Of a stretch of 64,000 bases of DNA, positions 55,929 through 64,000 are shown piece after piece (positions within the stretch are counted from its first letter, which is position 1; each line of letters opens with the position of its first letter). The stretch comes from the human T2T-CHM13v2.0 reference genome, Homo sapiens. Position numbers and translations under genes: made by a program. The stretch is taken from NCBI RefSeq assembly GCF_009914755.1, contig NC_060935.1. The stretch is one strand, 5' to 3'. The notes under the pieces are model-generated. The model worked only from the letters and a program-made list of their open reading frames with translations. It had not been told where the DNA came from and ran no database searches.

Positions 55929-58900
55929 GCTGGGCCCTGTGGTCAGGTGTGACGTCCCCTGGAGGAGAACAGGTGGGGCTTCACCCCCTGAGGCTTGGCA
56001 GCTGGTCCCCATCAGATCAAAGGATTGAAAACTGTGGGTTTGGGGAGTGTTTGGGAAAGATTTCAACCCCGGGAGTGGGAATGCACCCGGGCTTGGATCG
56101 CTGCCATTCCCCATCCGAGGCGCGGGCCCAGTGCTGGCCGGCAGAGCTCAATATGGCCAGCCAGTGCCCAGGTGCATGCCCGAGGGGGCGCGTCACGGCT
56201 TCCTGTTGATCCGGATGCCCGATGTCTTGGGAGGCACTGACCCTGTGCCAGGTCCTGGGGCCCATTGCTTGGGGAGGCGGTGGGAACCTGGAGACCCTGG
56301 GGACAGAGTGGCTGGATGCAAGGTCCCCCAAGGGGCAGGGGGATGGCAGGGAAGGGGCGTCAGGCCTGGGGGAGGTCACCTGCCCCACCCTCCCTCCAAG
56401 GCCCTTGTGTGGCTGGGTGGGGCTGGCCCTGGGTCCTCTCCCTCTCCCCCGTCCCTGAGCGTCACTGGTGACCTCCCCATGGACTTGTCCAGCTTGCCAG
56501 TACCCTGCGGTTTTGCCTCCTGAGTATGTTGAAACGTTCCTAGTCCAGCTCTTGCCTGCAGCCACCCCCATCGAATCTGGCCTGCCGTGGCCCCCGCCCT
56601 GCAGCCCCGAGTGTGTGGTACCCCCTCATTCTCCCTAGCACCTCAGAGGAGGCCCTGCCTGGCTCTGACACTCCCTGACCTCTGGCCTCTATCCCCCTCC
56701 CTGGACAACTCCTGCTTCTCCACCAGCCCTGCAGACCCCTCTGACCCCAGCTGCTGGGGTCCACCCTGCCGGAGGTAGAAACAGAGCCAGCTGCATGCCA
56801 CAGGTGAGGGCCCTCCCCAAGGCCTGGGGAGGGGCAGCGTGACCCCGGAAGGGCAGCTGCAAGGGCCGGGCAGTGCAGCTCACCCGGGCGACCACCAGCC
56901 CACCCTCAATGAGACCCCACAGCCCCTGTCCAGTGATGTTCAGAGGGCTAGGGCTCCCCGGGCACCCACTGGTCTGCACTTTCAGACTTGACTGCTTGGT
57001 GCCTGGGCTGGGATTTGGGGGCACTGCCCTTCCCCCGTATCCCTGGGACCCCCTTTGGGAGCCGGACACTCAGGTGCGCACAGCCCCCACCCCCAGCCCA
57101 GCCCCAGCCCTGTGCTGTCCGCTGCCCACAGCCCACTGTGTGGCCTTGAGTGGACTGAAGGTCTCGTCTGGCTGCGGGAGGGGCCCTGGTAGCTGCTGGG
57201 CCTGGAGGTGGCTGGGATGGTGGGCTGGCCCGCCTGTCCGGGGTGGGTAGAGGAGTAGCTAGCAGGAACCACTGCCTGAGGCTGGGCTCAGCCCAGGCTG
57301 GTAGCCTCATGTTCCAGAAAGGGCTGGGGAGCTCTCCACCTGCCCTCCTCCAGAGAGGGGCCCTTGTCCTTTTTGTCTACTTATGCCCCGTGCAGGAAGC
57401 AGGTCAGGGTAGGCTGGGGCCCTCAGGAGCGGGCACGTTTCAGCCTGGGGTGGGGGCAGGATACGGGCTGCCGGGGCCATTGAGGCAGCAGCACAGGAGG
57501 GGTCCTGGCCAGGCCACTCCTCCCTCCAGGTGGGAGCTTAGCTGGGGCGGGACCCCCACCTCCCCGGGTGAGCATTGCCGGCCGGTAGCCTTGGGCAGGC
57601 ACCCAGGAGAGGCCCCTGGCCTGAACTCCTCTCACACCTGACTCTGGTACCTCTGAGCCCCAGGGTAGGTGGCTGAGTCATCTCCCCAGCTGGCACCCCA
57701 AATACCTTCTCCCCTTTTCCCATCCCATGGGAGGTGGCTGTGTGCCACAGGTGAGGGTGCAGAGCCCCCAGCTGCTCCCTGCCCTGAGAGTTTCGCCCCC
57801 TGGCATGGGGCCCTGGGCAGACCCTCTCAGGACAGAGCCTTCCTTGCAGGCCAGCCCTGCCAGGCCCTCACAGTGGGGGTAGCTGTGCCCCACCAGCCCC
57901 GAGGGGAAGACCAGGATCCTGAGGGCTGGGGTTCACCTCCGATGTCCTGGGGGAGATGTCCATGCGTTGCCAACTCCAGGCCTGAACCCAAGGCGCCCTC
58001 ATCTGAGCACAGGGAGAGGCTGCCGGGACGGCTGGGTGTCTGGCTGACTGCCCCGCCCGGGCTCTGGAGCTGATAACCAGCGGATGCGGAGTGAAATGCA
58101 AACAGATAAGGCTGTTGGGAACTAGGCCCCCTGGACTGCTCCGGGCGGGCAGCCGTGGGGCACCACACTGCCCAGGGCCAGGGGTTATTGGGCCGCCTTT
58201 TGCCCTCAGTGAGCGCAGCTGGATGGGGAGTTAGCAAGGGCTTGCTCTCCGAGGGTGGCTGGTGAGGGGGCTTTGAGGAGGGTGGGGGGACCCTGGGCTG
58301 CCGACTCAGACTCTGGAGGCTGCTGGTCAAGTGGGGGTGGAGGTCAAGCTGGAGCTGAGGCTCATGAGACCACCTCTCTCCCAGGAATCCTCATCCCTCT
58401 CATGGGGGTGACATTTAGGACTCCCTTTGGGGAGCCCGGCAGGGCCCCAAAAGCACAAGTCAAATGGCCTCTGAGGGCAGCTGCAGCTCACAGCAAGGGG
58501 GCCCTGGGCAGCCCAGGGTGAGATGAAGGGCTTCCAGGGCTCCAGGTGAAGAGCAGGACTGGGTGGGGGGTGGGGCCAGGTCACCAGGAGGTGTCGGAGA
58601 CCAGGCTGGAAGGTGACCTGGCCTAGAGTAAGCTGGGAGAGGTGGGTAAACTGAGGACCAGAGCTGGGGGTGGGGAAGGGACCCTGAGCCAGCCTGGGGG
58701 GCGGTGGTGCTGTGTGCTGGCGTGGAGTCTGGGCAGGTGCCCCGGCAGAGGTGCCTCTGCCAGCAATGGCGTTGGGGCCACAGGTCCTGCAGAGAATTTG
58801 AAGAATTTGTTTTTTTCCCCAGAAAAGCTCCAGGTATTGCAGCCAGACCTGAGTCTCTCTCAGGAATCACATCCAGGGCCCATTCCAGGCAGTTGGACGT

Positions 58901-60270
58901 GCAGTGGGGGCAGCCACTGAGGCCCAGGCAAGAAGGGGTGACGGGGCAGGTCCTGGTCCAGAGGGTTGTGGGGGATGCTGGCATGGCTGGCATGGCTGGC
59001 ATGGCCTGCAGAGAGTCGAGGAGCGCCCAGGCTCACCACAGCTGGTTCTTCGGGTGTTGTTCAGGGGAAACACAGTGGAGGCCTGACGGGAACAGGTGGG
59101 TTTCCCGGCCACTCACACCAGGTGCCGGCCCAAGGGAGCCTTGGGCCTGATCTGCTGCCCAGCGGCCGTGAGTGCTGTGTGGCCCGTGGGAGGCCCCGTG
59201 CATATGGCCTGCAGAGTCAGGTGTGGGGGGCCCAGAACACGTAGGCCTGGCAGAAGCCCAGGTGGCACAGACGTGGCCCTACAGCCGGGCTCGGGGCCCC
59301 GGGAAGCCAGAGGCTCAGGCCCTCCCAGCTGGCATCAGGGCTGATCGGGGCTGAGACCGGTCATCGGAGCAGCCCATGTCCACTGTCCCCTGTCTCAGCA
59401 GCTCCCCGGGGGTCCCCCAAACCCCAACCCTCCCCCAGATAGGAGCACAAGCAGGGTGGCCAAGGAGCACCCCCCAGCTTACCCACGGACCCTGGCTCAA
59501 GACTGGTGGCCAAGGTGCACCCTCGCTGTACTAGGCAGTGGCCTCCAGTCCTGATGCCACCGACTCTTGGGGGCATGGCCAGTGCCCGAGGCGGATGCGT
59601 GCGCACACATGCTCCCAGGAGGTGTTTGTAACAACCCCAAACTGGAAATGACCCAGATGTCCATCAGAGCGCAGCCTGTTCACCTGCTCTTCCAGCTTCA
59701 GCAATTACAAACAAAGCAGTTAGAACACGTGTGTCCGTGTCTCAGAGGAGCATGTGCTGCCACTTCTCCCGGCGTGGACTGGCTGGATCACGTGGTTGGC
59801 GTCTGAATTTTTCAGAAACGGCCAAACTGTTTTCCGGCATGGCTGTGCCATTGTGCCTCCCACCCGTGATGTGAGTTCCAGCCCCTCCTCACCCTCCTGT
59901 ATGCTTGACGTCGTCCGTTTTTAAAATTTTAGCCATTCTAACAGGTGTGCAGTGCTATCTGACTGTGGTTTTCATTTGAATTTTCCTAACGACTAATGGC
60001 GTTGAGCATCTTTCCATGCGTTTATTTGCCCTCTGTGTATCTTCTTTGATGAAGTGTCTGTTCTAACGTTTTGTCCATCCATTTTAAAATTGGGTTGCTT
60101 CAGTTTTGAGAGTTCTTTATATATTCTGCATTCGAGTCCTTCACTAAAAATACATACTTGGCAAAGATTTTTCTCCCAGTCAGGGCTTGTCTTTTTATTC
60201 TCTTAATAGTGTCAGAAGATACTATTAAGTGTCAAAACTTCTGTTCAAAAGAGCGGAAGTTCATTCTTTC

Positions 60271-60410
60271 CCTCCCTCCCTCCTTTCTTGCTTTCTTCTC
60301 TGTTCCTTCCTTCCTTCCTTCCTTCCTTCCTTCCTTCCTTCCTTCCTTCCTTCCTTCCTTCTTTCCCTCCCTCCCTCCCTCCCTTCCTTCCCTCTCTCTC
60401 TCTCTCTCTC
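60271..60410. repeat. (TTCC)n/(CCCT)n/(CT)n microsatellite (Alu tail-derived)
   Basis: About 14 TTCC units next to the antisense Alu. Confidence 0.95.
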
Positions 60411-60692
60411 GATGGAGTCTCGTGCTCTGCCGCCCAGGCTGGAGTGCAATGGTGCAATCTCGGCTCACTGCAACCTCTGCCTTTCCAGTTCTGGCAATTC
60501 TCCTGCCTCAGCCTCCGGAGTAGTTGGGACTACAGGTGAGTGCCACCCCGCCCGGCTAGTTTTTGTATTTTTGGTAGAGATGGGGTTTCACCATGATGGT
60601 CAGGCTGGTTTCAAGCTCCTGACCTCAGGTGATCCACCCACCTCGGCCTCCCAAATTGCTGGGATTACAGGCGTGCGCCACCTAGACTGGCC
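60411..60692 (-). mobile_element. Alu (AluS-like)
   Basis: Antisense Alu consensus. Confidence 0.9.
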
Positions 60693-61254
60693 GAAGTTCT
60701 TAATTTTGGCAAAGCCCAATGTATTAATTTTTACTTTACACATCATGCTTTTAGTGTTGTGTCTAAGAAATCTTTGCCTAATCCAAGGTCATGATTTTAT
60801 CATTATGAAAGGATCTTCTTTATTGCCAGTTCCTTGCTCTAAAGTCTACCTTTGTATTAATATTGCCACTTGATCTTTCTTTCTGTGTTAGCACGGTGTG
60901 TTTTTTCCTCTTCCTTTACTTTCAATAACTAATGTGTGTCTTTTACTTACAGTGAGATTCTCTGGGCAGCTTATAGAGTGATCTTGCTTTTTATTCTAGT
61001 CTGACAATCCACATCTTTTTATTGGGGGTGTTTAGACTATTACATTTAATGTAATTAGTGATGTGGCCAGGTGAAAAGCTACCATCTTGCTACTTGTTTT
61101 CTGTTCCTTCCATCTGTTCTTTGTCTTTCTTTTCTGCCTTCTTTTGGATTGACTATTTTTCCACAGTTCAGTTTTATCTCCTTGTTTGCTTATCTGCCAT
61201 AACTTTTTATTATTTTAGTAGTTGTCTTAGAGTTTATAGTATGTCTACAACCTA

Positions 61255-61680
<426 letters not shown>

Positions 61681-61730
61681 TCACACCGCACTGCATTGTT
61701 GGTATTTTTGTTTAATTAATTATTTTTTAA

Positions 61731-62141
<411 letters not shown>

Positions 62142-62513
62142 TGATTTCCTTTTCCACCCGCCTGAAGGGCTTTCTTTAACATTTCTTAATGGACACTGCA
62201 ATGGTTATTTGTCTGAAAATATCTTCCTTTTGCCTTTGTTTTTGAAAGATGTTTTTCTAGGATGACAGCTTCTTCTTCCGTTTGTACTGTAAAGGTGCTG
62301 CTCTAGTTTTCTTACTGGCACAAGTTCCCCCGCCAAAAAAATCTGTTGTTATTTTAATATGTTTCCTCTTTGTAACACGCCCCCACCCCACAACTTAAGA
62401 TTTTCTCTTTTACACTGATTCTGTATGATTAGGATTTGGTGTCATTTCCTTCATGTTTCTTGTACTTTGTACTCACTGAGCTTCTTGTATCTCTGGGTTT
62501 TAGTTTTCATTAA

Positions 62514-62813
<300 letters not shown>

Positions 62814-63874
62814 AAGTTTTCCTCAGATTTGAACAAATTATGGCCATGATTTCTTCAATTTTTCCTGTCCTCCTCTCCCTTCGTGGGCTCCGTTTACAGA
62901 CGTGTCAGGCTGCGCGAAGCTTTGCCACCTACTGCTCGCTAAGGAGCTGTTTATTTTTTGGATTCTTTTGTCTTTCTGTGTCTCTATTATGTCTTCAAGT
63001 TCACCGCTGTCCTCTTCTGCATTGTCGCATCCGTTGTTAATCCTGTCCAGTGTGTTTCATCTCACACATAGTCATTTTCATCTTTAGATGTTTAATTTGG
63101 ATCCTTTTTTATATGTTTCATGTTTTTTACTAAATACGTTCAATTTTCAGCATAGCATTTTGATGACATGGAATACTGTCGTAACGCCTGTTTTAATGTC
63201 TTTGTCGGCTAATTCCAACATCTGTGTTGGTTTTGTGGTTTGGATTAGTTGAATTTTCTCCTGATTATGGGTGGAATTATCCCCTTTCTTTACCTGCCTG
63301 GTACTCTTTGAATGGAGGTTGGACTTCGTGAATTTTACCTCGTGGGCTGCTGGATACTTTTGTGTCCTGGGGCTTTGTTCTGGGACATAATTAAGGGATT
63401 GGAGAGAGTTTGGGCCTCCTGGGCCTCGTGTGGCTCGTAGGTGGGCTCAGAGCAGTGCTGAGTCCAGGGCAAACTACGCCTCACCATTGAGGCAAGACCC
63501 TGAGGGGCACTCTGCCCACCGCACCGTGAACTTTGAGTGGCGAGGTTTCTCGGTGGTGCTGGCGGGAGCAGTGCTTTTCCCAGCCTCTGTGAGCTCCGCT
63601 GCTCTTCCTTCCAATCCTTCGGGTCGTTGCTCGCCAGCCTTAGTCTCCTCCCAGGCACGTGCTGAGCGGGTTCCCTGCCAAACGCTCAAGACGGACCTTC
63701 TGCAGGTCTCCAGGCTTTGCTCTGGGCAGCTCTCTCCCTGCCAGTGTCCTGTGCACTCCAGCTGCCGTGGTCTCCCCGGCCTCTCATCTGAGCTCTTCCT
63801 GAGTTCTCCTTCCTGGCCCCTTGTCCTGGAAACCCTCAGGCGGTGACCTGGGCAGTTTAGGGCTGTTTCCTGTC

Positions 63875-64000
63875 TGCCATGGACTGAACGTTTGTGTCTT
63901 CCCCACCCTCCGGTTCCTGTGTTGAAATCCTGGTGCCCAAGGTGACGATATTAGGAGGTGGGGACTTGGGGAGGTGGCAGAGCCCTCAAGAATGGGGTTA
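63875..64000 (+). mobile_element. MaLR LTR 5' end (MST/MLT1-like), truncated by the window end
   Basis: tgccatggactgaacgtttgtgtc...gttgaaatcct...attaggaggtgggg...cagagccctcaagaatggg. Confidence 0.75.

Overview
Human genomic DNA (11p15.5 mucin-cluster edge), recognised from the encoded proteins. The + strand carries the 3' part of AP2A2 (AP-2 adaptor alpha-2): 8 coding exons from 5249 to the stop at 15542, a U12-type AT-AC intron at 11435-12828, and a distal AATAAA at 17139. The - strand carries the complete 33-exon gastric mucin gene MUC6 (ATG at 52539, stop at 18373-18375, TATA box at 52625-52631), converging tail-to-tail with AP2A2; the two poly(A) signals are about 0.6 kb apart. All splice junctions were traced by hand and are phase-consistent, giving an 18,288-nt CDS (6,095 aa). 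The main feature is MUC6 exon 31, a fully open 13,977-bp exon with about 25 units of a 507-bp (169-aa) PTS repeat. It includes a near-identical triplicated 1,683-bp higher-order repeat (672+504+507). This is far longer than the roughly 2,439-aa reference protein as I recall it, so this looks like a long-read, uncollapsed allele. The rest is introns and upstream DNA with Alus, old L1 and MaLR fragments, and several mini- and microsatellites. I found no evidence for a wholly new biological system. The findings are structural observations and testable hypotheses about two known genes.
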